43,592 bases of DNA, taken from contig NW_003314273.1 of the NCBI RefSeq assembly GCF_000143415.4, positions 327,103 through 370,694 of the forward strand. The letters run 5' to 3'. This document shows positions 1 through 13,410 of the stretch, one piece after another. Origin of the DNA: Selaginella moellendorffii (lineage: Eukaryota; Plantae; Lycopodiophyta). How positions within the stretch are numbered: the stretch's first letter is position 1; each line of letters starts with the position of its first letter. Below the pieces are notes generated by a model, which worked only from the letters and a program-made list of their open reading frames with translations, did no database searches and was not told the DNA's origin. Both the position numbers and the translations under genes were made by a program.

Positions 1-1154
1 TTTATCAACATAACTATTGCACTTTGGAACTTTAATTTTGACTTCTCAAAGTTAAAGTTCCTAAGTGTTTTCAACACCTTGTTTTGCACGTGTTATGCAA
101 ACTTTACTTCCCTATCCTAGGAAGTTTTTTATTCGAGGGCACTATGATCCTCTCTTCTATTTTATGCCACTCTAGGCACTAAGTTCCATTCTTATATAAT
201 TTGTGTTAAGATTATTCACAACTCTATCATTTGGTTACTTTGCCGCTCCTCCTCTTGGAGCTTTCATCTTTGCCAAATTGGAGCACTTAGGAATCCATTT
301 TTGGAATCACACTTCCTTTTTCACAATTTGTTAGCATCTAACACTTTAGTGTTCCTTGGCTAATTTTGCGATTTGGATTCCTTCCAATAAATCCCATTGC
401 CCAAACTTGGCTACTAGTCTTTTGCTCCTATCTGTTAATTGTTGCACCAAGCAATATAGGATCACTACCTCCATCCTTAAAGTATTCTTTCAGTTCCATG
501 ATAAAGGCTTCACTTTACCAAATTTAAAAGATGTTTACCTTTAGTAAGTCTTTTTAGCATTTTTTGCTTTGGGCTTTATCCATAGCTCAACTTTGCAACC
601 CTTCCATGGGTTTTTTTTAGAGACTACTTCTTTGGACTCACTATACCATCCTATTGACACCATTGATTTCCTTTTTAGTGTCTTTCCCACTTGGTCACTT
701 TGACCAAGTCACAGCATTACTAACAGTTCAAATCATCATTTTGAACTAGGAATTTTATTCCTTAACCAAATAAAGACTTTGTCCTTATTTAGCTACAAGA
801 TCACCTAGTGATCTCACCTTGGCAACTTAACAGATTTGTCAATAGATACTTGGTCTTCCAGACCTTTAAGTTGTTGCCCATGACCTCGGGGGCATCCCCC
901 ACACTTGGCAGTGCGCCTAAGCTAGCCCTTTTGGCCAAGGGATAGCAATTGAGACTGGGTGTCCCCATCTCATTCACCATGTCCTTGCTACCATTTGTAC
1001 CAAAGTGTTTAAGTTAGATATGCCAAACTTTCACACTAAACAATCTAATTGTGTATCACGACTCTAAGGTATCCCCCATTTGGCAGTGTGCCCAAGCCAG
1101 TCTCTTTATTGAGAGTTCATGACCATTGAAAAATGAGTGTCCTCATATTCAAAT

Positions 1155-1798
1155 CCAACTGGAAAAGGGGCAATTGCTTGATGAGAGAGCCCTTAGTGGC
1201 TATTTTATCCCCATTTATCCCCCAAGGTTCCAAGGATCCACGGTGACAGTATATCTAAATCTTATCCCATAATCAGATGCGCTATACTCACCCCCCCTTC
1301 AGAAATATTAATGTCCTCCTTGACTATTGACTAACAACCCCTACTGAGCGAAGGGGAACCAGCACCTCCATTTCCGCACTCAATCTACCAATCCTTCCAT
1401 TGTGTAGACTAGCTATTCCATGTGAGGCAACTAGTCATCCACCCGTACCGCAGTCCCACGGTGGATACCTTCGTCCGTGGATACTCCACACAAGAGGAAG
1501 GACGTACGCATGGATGCCCAATACATACGATTTCAAATTTAGGGGTAGGAATATACTTTGCTCAAGGGTATATTATACTTTTAAGTAGCCACTAATCAAT
1601 GGAAATCGAACCCGTGCCATTTGCTCCGATACCAACTATAGTGCACTTTATCTCTTTCCCCTTAAACCAACTGGAAAAGGGGCAATTGCTTGATGAGAGA
1701 GCCCTTAGTGGATATTTTATCCCCATTTATCCCCCAAGGTTCCAAAGATCCACGGTGACAGTATATCTAAATCTTATCCCATGATCACATGCGCTACA
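1155..1798 (-). mobile_element. TRIM-type miniature LTR element nested in element 1
   Basis: Direct repeats 1155-1286 and 1667-1798 (5 mismatches in 132 nt by eye). Full 5' LTR 1637-1798 (TGTAGCGCA...TGCACTATA), PBS TGGTATCGGAGC at 1623-1634, PPT GAAGGGGGGGTGAG at 1287-1300, ~350 bp non-coding interior, 3' LTR truncated. Confidence 0.9.
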
Positions 1799-4461
1799 AT
1801 CACCCAGGATGCTTGGTGTGACTCCTCACGCGGATGCACCAACTTATACTTAAAGCACGTTACAAATCACAGCTTAAGAACTTAGTTCCTCCGCATTGTC
1901 AAGTCTTCTCACTTGACAAATTTATAATTATGCATAAACTCCTCCATACTTGGCCCCATGGGTTACCCTTTTTTAAGTTAGCACTTTTAACTAGGGGATT
2001 TATGCCCTCGACTTGCCAATCTCACGTAACAAGTCATCCGACCAACGTAACATGATTTCATGCATAAGCGTGAAAGTCCTTGACCATTGACTTTCGTTCA
2101 AAGCCCTCCCTTTCAACACTTGGGAACTACTTCCCCAACCTTGATAGCCTTGCTTCAGAGAAGCTTCAAGACCATGCTTCTGCTGTGTTACTTTGATTTT
2201 GCGCATTTTATGAACCATTTAGACTTGGTTTTCTGTATTAAACTATCTAGAATTATCTTTAAGAACCTTTAAGGAATTCTGTCCCTTAACTTGCTAAGGC
2301 TTCTCCTTTCGCAAGCTTTCTAATTGCCATATGGTTTAACTTGAACAATTCTATGCTTTAAACTCTCCATGACATCACAATTGCTAGTAACAAAATGCTT
2401 GAGCACCCACTTGATTCTCCACTCCCAACTTGCATAACCACCCTTCATTATGCCCTTTAATTCCTATGGTTCAATTCTATCCCTTTACTACTTGTTTTTT
2501 GGCCTCATACGTTTCCTTTAGTTATTCTCCTTTAGACTAAGAGGATAACTTTGCACTTTCTACCATGTCTTAGCAAGTATTCATAAGGATGAACCTACCT
2601 AGGAGTGGTTCCTCAATCTGGGTATACTCATCTTGTAATCTCACACATTGGGATTAACATTACTACTTATAGGCCTTTATATACCTATCACTAGCCTTGC
2701 CAAAATCTTTTTTTGGCTTTGTCCAATTCGGGTAGATGAACTTCTCCCATTTCCACAACCTTGGATATTTGGATAGCACCTCCTATCCATCATTCGCTAG
2801 GGACTTTGTCCCTTGGGCCTTATCTATTGCCCTCAAGACACTAAACACCACTTTCTGGTAATCTAGAGTGTTTGGATGTCCTAATGATGGCCTCTTTGAC
2901 AATGAGCATTCTCTTTATGACATTGATTTACTATATTGCAACATAAGCAATTTATCCCTAATAAGGGTATATTTAACTTCTTTATCCCGATAAGAAGTCT
3001 TAGGTATTTACTTTCTACCAATTAACCAATTATTTTACACCTTTTACTTAGTTACCTTTTAGTTGTCAAGTCCTACAACTCATTGCTAGTGCTTCCACAC
3101 TTCTATATTATTTGGGTCACCACACTTCAATAACATGCCTTCCAACTTAGGCTATGCCATTCCCATTTCCATGAGGATTCTTTTAGGAATGAATCTGCCA
3201 ACTTCACCTTAAGGCATCACGCCTTGGCACATTTGGTGTCTCCCCACCATTGGCTCCACGAGTTTACCTTTATGACACTTCTTACTTATGTTTAGGTCCT
3301 TGCCAAGACCAATACAGTTTTTTTTCATGCCAACTATCCGTTAGCACTGCACCATAGAGTTTACGCACAGCTTTGTGTTAAAGTTGTTTTCTTTTGAGAA
3401 CACATTTCTCACAACTTTAGTATAGCATATTTTGCCATCAATGAGATACCTACTGTTCTCATACTTGGATCTTATGATCCTCCCTATCCTTCGTGGGGCA
3501 CAACACATCTCAGTCCAAATGCTCTTACAAATTCCTTAGGACCATTCCTTGACTCTACTTGAGTCATCCAACATTTTTGGACTTTATTAATCCAATGACT
3601 CGTAAGGTCCTATTTTGAGGTGCCAGCTCACTGGAATACAATTTCATGTATTCATATCCTACTTATAAGGACCATCTTTGCAAATGTTACTTCAACACTT
3701 GATTATTTTCCATTCTCTATGGGCTACCTTTGCCCCTTAGGACTATTCGTCCCTATGATGAGAATACCAATTCATCCTCTAAGTACACCCCCAACTCCTT
3801 GGGTTTGTTCTAGCATTTATAAAAGGTAGCCCTGGCTACCATTTCAAGAACTTGTGTCCTCATATGTTTTTGACCTCTTATAGTTATTAATTCCAGTATC
3901 AAATTCATGAGCACCAGCCTCAACTATATGAGGATAATCTTATGACTCCTTTATTGTTTTGGAGTCTTTATTTTTCCTGTGATCCCAACTATAATTGTTT
4001 ATCACAACTATATTAGCTAGTTTGTTAAGTTAAATGCTCATCTGGATCAGATCCTCAATTCTCTAAAGAAAACCTTATACCATTCCCAAGATCCCGAAGT
4101 CGTTTCATTATTGACCTTTTTCTATCCACCACCTCACTTAAAAATTCATACATGAATTGTAGTGGAGAGCTATATCTTCCCAACCTGCTACTCCTCAAGG
4201 ATAAGCCCACTCCTAGGATCTTCTGATGTCAACACTCGTGGTAATATACTTGAGCACCAATAAAAGTCGAACTAAGGAACAACTCCGATACCAAATTGTA
4301 ATCGACTAAATATTCCATTCTACTTTAGTCACTTAACCACACCTCTGACCACTTGGAAGAGTCTCACTCATAGCCTCCATAAATCCTATTCCGGACTTGG
4401 GGCTTATTAACTTTAAGAATGGCATCTCTGCCACTCAACTTTTACACTTAGTCCAAGTGCT

Positions 4462-6259
4462 TGTGAGACACAAAATCCCTAGGCCCCAAAGTGGAGCCAA
4501 AAAGGGTGCCACGTGGTAGTGGCTGAAGCGAGAGCCAAACGAGCGTAACACGTTTGGACCAAAAGCTCCGACTTGAAAAGTCAAGAGCGGGAGTGGAACT
4601 CCCAACGAAGTGCTCGAGGAACGAGCACGAAGCGAGCAAAAAGCGAGGCTCCAAAAAGGGACCCAAAAGGACCAACACATGACACGTGGAAGTGTCTGAG
4701 ATGGACCCGAGATGGAGTCCGAGATGGAGTCCGAGATGGACCCGAGATGGAGTCCGAGATGGAGTCCGAGATGGACCCGAGTTGGAGTCCGAAGTGGAGT
4801 CCGAGATGGACCCGAGTTGGAGTCCGAAGTGGAGTCCGAGATGGACACGAGATGGAGTCCGAGATGGAGTCCGAAGTGGAGTCCGAGGTGGACCTGAGAT
4901 GGACCCGAGTTGGAGTCCGAAGTGGAGTCCGAGATGGACCCGAGATGGAGTCCGAGATGGAGTCCGAGATGGAGTCCGAGGTGGACCCAGAATGGAGTCT
5001 GAGATGGAGTCCAAGATGGACCCGAGATGGAGTCCGAGATGGAGTCCGAGATGGACCCGAGATGGACCCGAGATGGAGTCCGAGATGGAGTCCGAGATGG
5101 AGTCCGAGATGGAGTCCGAAGTCGAGACCGAGACCGGGACCGAGACCGAGACCGAGACCGAGATCGGGACCAAGACCGAGACTGAGGCCGAGGCCGAGAC
5201 CGAGCCCGAGCCCGAGTCCGAGTCCGAGTCCGAGTCCGAGTCCGAGTCCGAGTCCGGAGCCTGAGAGGGTGAAAGCCCAAAGCGTTTGTCTCCCAGACCC
5301 TGGGGGGTTTGGTGAGCTCCAAAAGTATAGTAGGGGGAGGACTGCAGTGGAGCCAGTTTGGCCAGGAAAGGCCAGTTTGGCCCAGGAAGGCCGGACCCAG
5401 TGTTGGGTGATGAGCTGCCCACTGGGAAGTCCAAGACTAGAGTGAACACAGACCGACAAGCGGGGTAGCTTGGTGAAGTGTTCAAGAGCCGGCTCTAGTT
5501 CCCCCGGGAGATCGACTGGCCGATGCTCCCAGTCCAAGTGTGGGTGGCACTACCTACTTGGATACCTGGTGTGGCTCAACGGAACCCGCTCTAAGCCCAT
5601 GGCTAGAGCACCTAAAGGCGAAAGGCGAGGAGAGTACCCAGGTGGCTCGCGTAAGGCCACGGTGTTCCGAAATGTTGTCCCGAAGGCCCAGACTGTGGAA
5701 AGGAAGAGGAACAGTCCTCTGGGGTAGTGACCAAGGACACAGTCGTGTGGTGAGGAAGTCCCAGAGGACCGTGGGACTTAGTGGTCGGGCCTGTGGGTCT
5801 CGATCCAGTGGCAATGTTGGCAAACACGGCCAGGGGCAAAAAGGGACTTAGTGGGGACTGACAGAGGGATATTGGGGAAGGCTATTCCCCTTGTCGGTGG
5901 GCATCCTAAGGATGCTAAGGAGTGGATCTGAGATGACCACTCACGGATGGTTTGCCTAGTCTTGGAGAGCCAAGACGGTGATGCAAGTGGTATTGGACTA
6001 CCAGTGTGGCAAAGGTGATTGGGCATGGCCTTAGCGTAACGGGCTGCTATGTCGGTGGTACCTTTGAGTGTCGGTCATGGGATCGGACACGTGGAGCACT
6101 TGGACCAAGTGCAAATGTTGAGTGGCATGGATGCTATTCTCGGGGCTAGCAAGTCCCAAGTCCTGGATTGGACTTATGGAGGTTGTGAATGAGACTCCTC
6201 CAAGTGGTCAGAGGTGTGGTTAAGTGACTAAAGTAGAATGGAAAAATTAGTCTCTTACA
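4462..6259 (+). mobile_element. Young solo LTR (1798 bp) inserted antiparallel into the element 1 LTR
   Basis: TG...CA termini (TGTGAGACAC...TCTCTTACA). Perfect TSD GTGCT at 4457-4461 and 6260-6264. Host LTR resumes in register after 6264. CG-rich compared with sibling copies. Confidence 0.95.
4698..5260. repeat. LTR-internal minisatellite: (GAGATGGAGTCC)n 12-mers followed by (GAGACC/GAGTCC)n hexamers
   Basis: Directly visible tandem array. Shorter degenerate versions at ~7110-7355, ~9470-9680, ~14465-14762 and ~16015-16275. Confidence 0.95.
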
Positions 6260-7589
6260 GTGCTCCATGTGTCTAATCCCATGATCAACACCCCAAGGTA
6301 CCACCAATATATCAACCCATTATGCTAAGGCCATGCCCATTCACCTTGGTCATACCGGTGGTCCAAAACCACCTACATCATAATCTTGTCTCTCAAAGAC
6401 TGAGCCATCAGGCCTTGAGTGATCATCTTAGATCCACTCTTAGTCTCTTTAGGATGCCCACAAACATAGGGAATGCCTTCCCCAATATCCCTTTTACAGT
6501 CCCCACCAAGTCCCTTTTTTGTCTATGGCTGCACTCGCCAACACTGCCACTGGGACAAGACCTACAGGCTCGACCACCAAGTCCCACTGTCCTCTGGGAC
6601 TTCCTCACTGTGTGACTGTATCCTTGGTCACCATACCAGAGGACTACTCTTCTTCCTTTCCACAGTCCAAGACTTTGGGACAACATTTCGGAACACCGTG
6701 GCCCTATATAAGCCTCATAGGTATTTTCCCCGCCTTCTGCCTTTGGGTGCTCTAGCCGTGGGCTTAGAGCAAGGTTCTATTGAGCCATGCTAGGTATCCA
6801 AGTAGGTAGTGCCACCCATGCTTGGACTAAGAGCATTGACCATTTGATCTCCTGGGGGAACTAGAGCCGACTCTTGAACATTTCACCAAGCTACCCCACT
6901 TGTCAATCTGTATTCACTTTAATCTTAAACTTCCCAGTAGTTATCTTATCACCCAGCACCTGGCTACAGCCTTCCTAGGCCAAACTGGCTCTACTGGGGT
7001 CCAACCCCCACACTCTCCCTACTATACTTTTGGAACCCCCTGTAGCCCCCCCTGCCCGGGGGATGATCGCTTTGCACTTTGGGCTTTCACCCAATAGTTT
7101 TTTTTAGTATTCGGACTCGGACTCGGACTTAGAATCAGACTCGAACTCGGTCTTGGTCTCGGTCTTAGACTCGGACTCAAACTCGGTTTCGGATTCGGAT
7201 TCGGACTCGGTCTTGGTCTCGATCTTAGTCTCGGTCTCGGTTCCATCTCGAACTCCATCTCGAGTCCATCTCGGGTTCATCTCGAACTCCATCTCGAACT
7301 CCATTTCAGATGCATCTCGGACTCCTTCTCGGTCCACCTCGGACTCCATCTTGGACACTTCCACGTGTCATGTGTTAGTCCTCTTATGTCCTTTTTCTAG
7401 AGATTCACTTATCACTTGCTTTGTGCTCGTTCTCTAAGCACTTTGTTAGGAGTTCCACTCCCGCTCTCGACTTTTCGAGTTAAAGCTTTTAGTCCAAATA
7501 TGTTACGCTCATTTGGCTTCTGCCTCAGCCACTACCACATGGCACCCTTTCGGCTCCTCCTTGGGGTCTAGGGATTTTGTGTTTTATGT

Positions 7590-9231
7590 TGACTTCAAAA
7601 AGGGGTGGCTTATAGGGCCAAGCATAAAGGAGTCCATGTATGATTACAGGCTAATCAACTAGCTTGTCAAGTGAGAAAATTTGGAAGCTTAGAGGAACTA
7701 GGTTTTTAAGTTGTGATTCGTAGCACATATTGGGTATAAGTTGATGTATCGGCATGGGGAATCACACCAAGCATCTTAAGTAATGTCATCCATAAATGCA
7801 TATATGGAAGTTGGGTTTGAGTCCCAACTCTCTAATGCTTGGATTCAAGTCTCAATCTACTAAGGCGTAGTGATGGTTTGGAATATGAGGACACTCATTT
7901 TTCAATGGTCATAAACTCTTAATAAAGAGGTTGGCTTGGCCACACTGCTAAACAAGGGATGCCCTAAAGTCGTGATACACGATTAAAGTGCTTAATGTAA
8001 AAACTTAGCATATCTAACTAAAACACTTTGGTGCAAATAGCCTTGAAGACGTGGTGAATGAGATAGGGACACTCAATCATGGTTGTTATGGATCTTTAGC
8101 TAGAAGGGATATTTTGGTGCACTGCCAAGTGTGAGGATGCCCCCAGGGTCATGGTCAACAACTTAAAAGTTTGGTAGACTTAGTATTTAGCCTTTAGATA
8201 CAATGCTTTAACATAAGATCACTAAGTGATCTTATAGCTAAATAAGGATAATCTCTTTATTAGGTTAAGGAATAAACTTCCTAGTTCAAAGTCTTGATTT
8301 GAACTATTGATAATAGTATGACTTAGTCAAGGTGACCAAATGAGAAATACACTTAGGTGAAATAAATTGTGAAATACAATAGTATTATGAGTCCAAGAAA
8401 AGTAGTCTTTAAGGAAAGACCCAGACAAGGGTCACAAGATTGGGCCAAAGATAGAGCCTACAATAAAGAGACTTATTAGAGATGAACACCCACTAGATTT
8501 GGCAAAACAAAGCATTTAATATAGAATCAAAATGACACCTTAAGGATGGAGGTAGTGATCTTATGTTTCTTGGTGCAACAATCAAAGGATAGAAGCGAAA
8601 TACTAGTGGCTAATAATAGGTCTTAGAATTACTGGAAGGAATCTAGATTATAAGTTAGGCAAGGAACCACTATATAGTGAATACTAATGGATTGTGGGAA
8701 AAGAAATATATTTTCAATGATAGATTTCCCAAATGCTCTAGTATGGCAAAAGTGAAACCTCCAGGGTGGCATGGAATAAAATAGAGGATGATGGTGCTCT
8801 CAAGTGAAGAATGTTTTAGGATGGGGAAGTGGAGTTTACATAACATATACAATACAAGGTGTTAGAGACACTGAGGAAATTGACTTGAGAAATCAATATC
8901 AAAGTTTTAAAGTATGATAGTTATGTTGATAAAGGCCAAGATTACTCCAAAATGAATAGTAAAATTGAGATAGAGAAGGTGTCTTTAACGAGTTTAATGA
9001 GAGTTAAAAAAACAAAGGAAGAGAACTAACACAAGTGATTTTATAAGTCTCTAAGATTGAAAGACTATACTCTTTAGAGGACGAGTAAGGTATGGTGAGC
9101 CTTTGGTAGCAAACCCTTGATAAATATTGATTTAGTATCAAGGATGAAAATGGTAATTCATGAGGGGGTTACTTTATAAAATGGCTTATTGTTCAATAAG
9201 GATATTGAACTTCGTCTATGGATGGTGGAGT
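7590..9231 (+). mobile_element. 3' part of the internal region of a same-family element (host of element 1)
   Basis: Colinear with ~12400-14213. Ends with a degenerate purine tract GGATGGTGGAGT directly before the LTR at 9232. Confidence 0.8.
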
Positions 9232-11110
9232 TGTGAAACATAAATCCCTAAGCCCCAAAGTGGGGCTGGAAGTGTGCCACATGGTAGTGGTCGAAGCGGA
9301 AGTCCAACGAGAATAACACATTTAAACCAAAAGCTCTGACTTGAAAAGTTGAGAGCAAGAATGGAACTCTGAATAAATTACTTGAGGAATTAGCACGAAG
9401 CAATCAGTGAATGAGTCTCTAGAAAGAGACACAAGGACTGACACATGGCAAGTGTTGCGACCAAATCCGATATGAAGTCCAAGATGGAGTCTGAGAAGGA
9501 GTCTGAGAAGGAGTCCGAGATAGAATCCAAGAAGGAGTCTAAGATGGAGTTCAAAATGGGGACCAAGACCGAGACCGAGACCAAGGCCAAGATTGAGACT
9601 AAGACTGAGACCAAGACTGAGACTAAGACCTAGATTGAGTTTGAGTTCAAGTTCAAGTCCAAGTCTAAGTCCGAATCCGAGGGTGAAAGCCCAAAGCAAT
9701 CATCTTCCAGACCTTTGGCGGGGGGGCTCCAGTGGAACTAGTTTAGCCATAAAAGGTTGGTGTGACCAAATAAGGCTATACCCATATGGTGGATGATGAT
9801 ATAACCACTAAAGAGTGTAAAGCTACAGGCAAGTGTGATAACTTGGTAAAGTGTTCAAGAGTTAGCTCTAACTCCCTTGGGAGATTAAATGGTCGATGCT
9901 TCCAATTAAAGTGTGGGTGGCATTATTTATTTGGATATCTGATATGGCTTATCAAAACCTCACTCTAGCCACATGGCTAGGGCACCCAGATGCAGAAGAT
10001 GGGGAAAGTACCCATGAGGCTCGCATTGGGCTGCGGTGTTTCTAAATGTCGTCCCAAAGTCCTAAATTGTGGAAAAGCAGAGAAGCAATCCTCTTATGTA
10101 GTGATCAAGGATATAGTCATGTGGCAAGGAAGTTTCTGAGTGTTCAAAAAAATGGCTTTGAACTAAAGTCGATGGTTAAAGACTTTCACGTTTATGTATG
10201 AAACCATGTTATGCTGATTGGGTGATTTGTTAAGTGAGATTGGCCAGTCAAGGGAACAAAGACCCTAGTTAAAAGTGTTAACTTCAAAAGAGGTGGCCTA
10301 TGGGGCCAAGCATGGAAGAGTTTATCCATGATCACAAACTTGTCAAGTGAGAGGACTTGACAGTTTGGAGGAATTAGGTTCCTAAGTTGTGATCTGTAGC
10401 ACGCTTTAGGTATAAGTTGGTGCATTGGCATGGGGAGTTATGCTAAGCATCTTGGGTGATGCTGTCTGTATATGCATATATGGAGGTTGGGGAAAGTACC
10501 CACAAGGCTTGCATAGGGCCAGAGTGTTTCAAAATGTTGTTCCAAAATCCTAGACTATGGAAAGGAAGAAAAATAATCCTCTTATGTAGTGACCAAAGAT
10601 GCAGTCATGTGGCAAGGACGTCCCAAACTTAGTGGTTAGGCCCTCAAGCCCTGACCTAGTGGCAGTGTTGGTGAGCACAACCGTGGATGGAGAGGGATTT
10701 AGTGGGGACTGAAGAAAGGACATTGAGGAATAATGTTTCTTATGTCTTTGGGCATCCTAAGGGTGCTAAGGTGTGGTCAAGGGATGACCACTCATGGACA
10801 AGGGGCTAGTCCTTAAGAGATGAGACTGTGATGTAGGTATTTTTAGACCATTAGTGTGACAAAGATGAATGAGTATGGCCCTAGCATAATGGGCTAATAT
10901 GTCAATGGTACCTTTAGGTGTCGGTCATAGGATTGAACACATGGAGCACTTGGACCAAGTGCAAAGGCTAAGTGGTACATATATCATTCACGAGGCTAGC
11001 ATATCCCCAATTTTTGAATAGAACTTATGGAGGTTGTGAGTGAGACTCCTCCAAATGGTCAAAGGTGTGCTTAAGTGACTAAAGTAGAATAAAAAATTTA
11101 GTCCCTTATA
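9232..11110 (+). mobile_element. Composite LTR shared between tandem units (contains an internal-region fragment at ~10135-10490)
   Basis: Starts TGTGAAACAT, ends ...CCTTATA. Preceded by a PPT-like tract and followed by ATT+TGGTATC PBS at 11114. Confidence 0.85.
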
Positions 11111-13109
11111 ATTTGGTATCAAAGGTATTCCTTAGTTTAACTTTTATTGATGGTCAAAAATACCTATCCTCGAGGAGTAGTATGTTGAAAGGGCATGACT
11201 CTCCACCATAGTTTATATGTGAACATGTTGGCAATGTGGTGGATAGAAAGGGGCCAATTTGGGAACGACTCTGGGATCGTAGAAATAATAGAAGATTTAC
11301 CTTAGGGAGTTGAGGATGTGATTATATAAACATTTGACTTAGCAAATTAGCTAATGTAATTGTGGTAAACAACTATAGTTGAAATCATAGGAATGATAAA
11401 AACTCTTAAACAATAAAAGAGTCATAAGATTATTCTCATGTAGTTGAGGATGGTGCTCAAGAAATTGAAACTAAAGTTAGTGACTATGGATAGATAGTTT
11501 TAAGGGGCAAAGGTAGCCCATATGGAACAAATAATAACCAAGTGTTAGAATAACACTTGCAAAGATGGTCTTTGTGAGTAGGATATAAATACAAGAAGTT
11601 GTATTCCAATGAGGTAGCACCTCAAAAATAACCATGAGGTTAGAATCTTACAGGTTGTCAATTTAGCAAAGTCCAAAAAAAAGCTAGACAACTCAAGTAG
11701 AGTTAAAAGAATGGTTCTAAAGGATTATTGAAAGCATATGGATAAAAGTGTGTTGTACTCTACGAAGGGCAAGGAGGATCATAGAGAGGCCCATGTATAG
11801 CGATGTTAATTCTAGTGTATGGGGTTACAAAGTGAATATATCCAGATTTCAAAACCACTCCCTAAATCATTGAATACATTCATCTTTAAAAATACTTGCT
11901 AAGGTATGGTAAAATGTGTAAAACTACCCTCCTAGTCGGGAGGAAAATAACTAAAGGGAAGGTGTAAGACCAAAAATAAATCATAAAGGGATAAAACCGA
12001 ATTATAGAAATCGAAGAGTATAACCAAGAGTGGTTATGCAAGTTAGAAGTGTAGAATTAAATGAGTGCTCGAAAAGAAGAGGCCTTAGCAAGCTAAGGGA
12101 CAAAGTCCCTTCAAGGTTCTCAAAACCAATTCTAGGTAGGTTAGTACTTATAAAGACAAGTGTAAATGATTCATAAAATGCATGAAATTAAAGTGGCACA
12201 ATAGAAGCATGGTTTTGAAGCTTGTCATAAAGCAAAGCTATCAAGGTTGAGCAAGTAGTTCCCGAATGTTCAAAGAGACGGCTTTGAACAAGAGTCGATA
12301 ATTAAAAACTTTCATACTTATGTATAAAACCATGTTACGTTGGTCGATTGACTTACTAAGTGAGATTGGTAAATCGGGGGAACAAAGACCCTAATTAACG
12401 GTGTTGATTTCAAAAAGGGTAGCATGACTCGTCAAGTGAGAGGACTTGGTAGTTTGGAGGAATTAGGTTCCTAAACTATAATCTAAAGCATGTTTTGGGT
12501 ATAAATTGGTGCACTGGCGTGGGGAGTCATGCTAGTGATGCTGTCCATAGATGCATATATGAAGGTTAAGTTCGAGTTCTAACCCTCTAGTGTTTGGGTT
12601 CGAGTCCCAAGTTATTAGGGTGTGGTGATGGTTTGTTTTCGGTGGTCATGGACTCTTAGTAAGAAGACTGGCTTGAGAACACTGCCAAGCGAGGGATGCC
12701 CTAAAGTCGTGATGCATAGTTAGATTATTTAGTGTGAAAGTTCAACATATTTAACTTGAACACTTTGGTGCAAGTGGCATCAAGGACATGATGAATAAGA
12801 TAGGGACACCGAGTCTCTGTTATTATGGACCCCTAGTTGAAAGGGCTGGCTTAGGTGCACCACCAAGTGTGGGGGATGCCCTCGAGGTCATAGGCAACAA
12901 CTTAAAGGTTTGAAAGACCTAATACCTATTAGCAAATTTGTTAAAGTGTCAAGGTGAGATCACTAGGTGATCTTATAGTTAAATAAGGATAAGGTCTTTG
13001 TTTAGTTAAGAAATAATGTTCCTAATTCAAAGTGTTAATTTGAACTATTAATAATGGTATGACTTAATCAAAATGACCAAGTGGGAAGGACACCTAAGGG
13101 AAATGAGTT

Positions 13110-13410
13110 GTGTCAATGCGATGGTATAGTGAGTCCAAGAAAGTAGTCTCTAGGAAAGACTCATGAGAAAGTCATAAAGTTGGGCTATGGATAGAGCCCA
13201 TAACTAAAAATGCTAAAAAAATTTATTAACGGTGAACACCCTCTAAACATGGAAAAGCAAAGATGTGTCAATGTGATGGTATATTGAGTCCAAGAAAGTG
13301 GAAAGACCCATGGGAGGGTTATAAAGTTAGACCATGGATAGAGCATATAATAGAAAATGATAAAAAGATTTACTAAGGGTGAACACCCTTTGGACTTAAT
13401 AAAGCAAAGC
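13110..13410. repeat. ~150 bp imperfect tandem duplication in the retroelement interior
   Basis: TGTGTCAATG(C/T)GATGGTATA...GAACACCCT occurs from ~13110 and again from ~13264. Confidence 0.75.

Larger units (their letters stand above)
1..7589 (-). mobile_element. Degenerate LTR retrotransposon, element 1 (5' LTR ~4297-7589 interrupted by a solo LTR; internal region 4296 to beyond window start)
   Basis: LTR end ...TTACA at 4297 is followed on the minus strand by ATT + TGGTATCGGAG (tRNA-iMet PBS, 4283-4293). Internal 1-4296 is the reverse complement of the internal region at 11111-~13910. No intact gag/pol ORF. Confidence 0.85.

Noticed and set aside
1155-1798. Cassandra element
   Set aside because: No 5S rRNA-like A/C box segment visible in the LTRs.
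4698-5260. CRISPR-like array
   Set aside because: No unique spacers; eukaryotic minisatellite.
4435-5537. Long low-complexity ORFs on both strands (RS-, SD-, EMES-, LG-rich), and similar ones near 7.1, 9.4, 14.5 and 16.0 kb
   Set aside because: By-products of 6/12-bp repeats inside LTRs; broken in sibling copies; no domain such as an RRM.
4297-6259. Apparent DNA transposon with ~165-bp terminal inverted repeats
   Set aside because: Explained by antiparallel LTR-in-LTR insertion; the TSD flanks 4462-6259, not 4297-6259.
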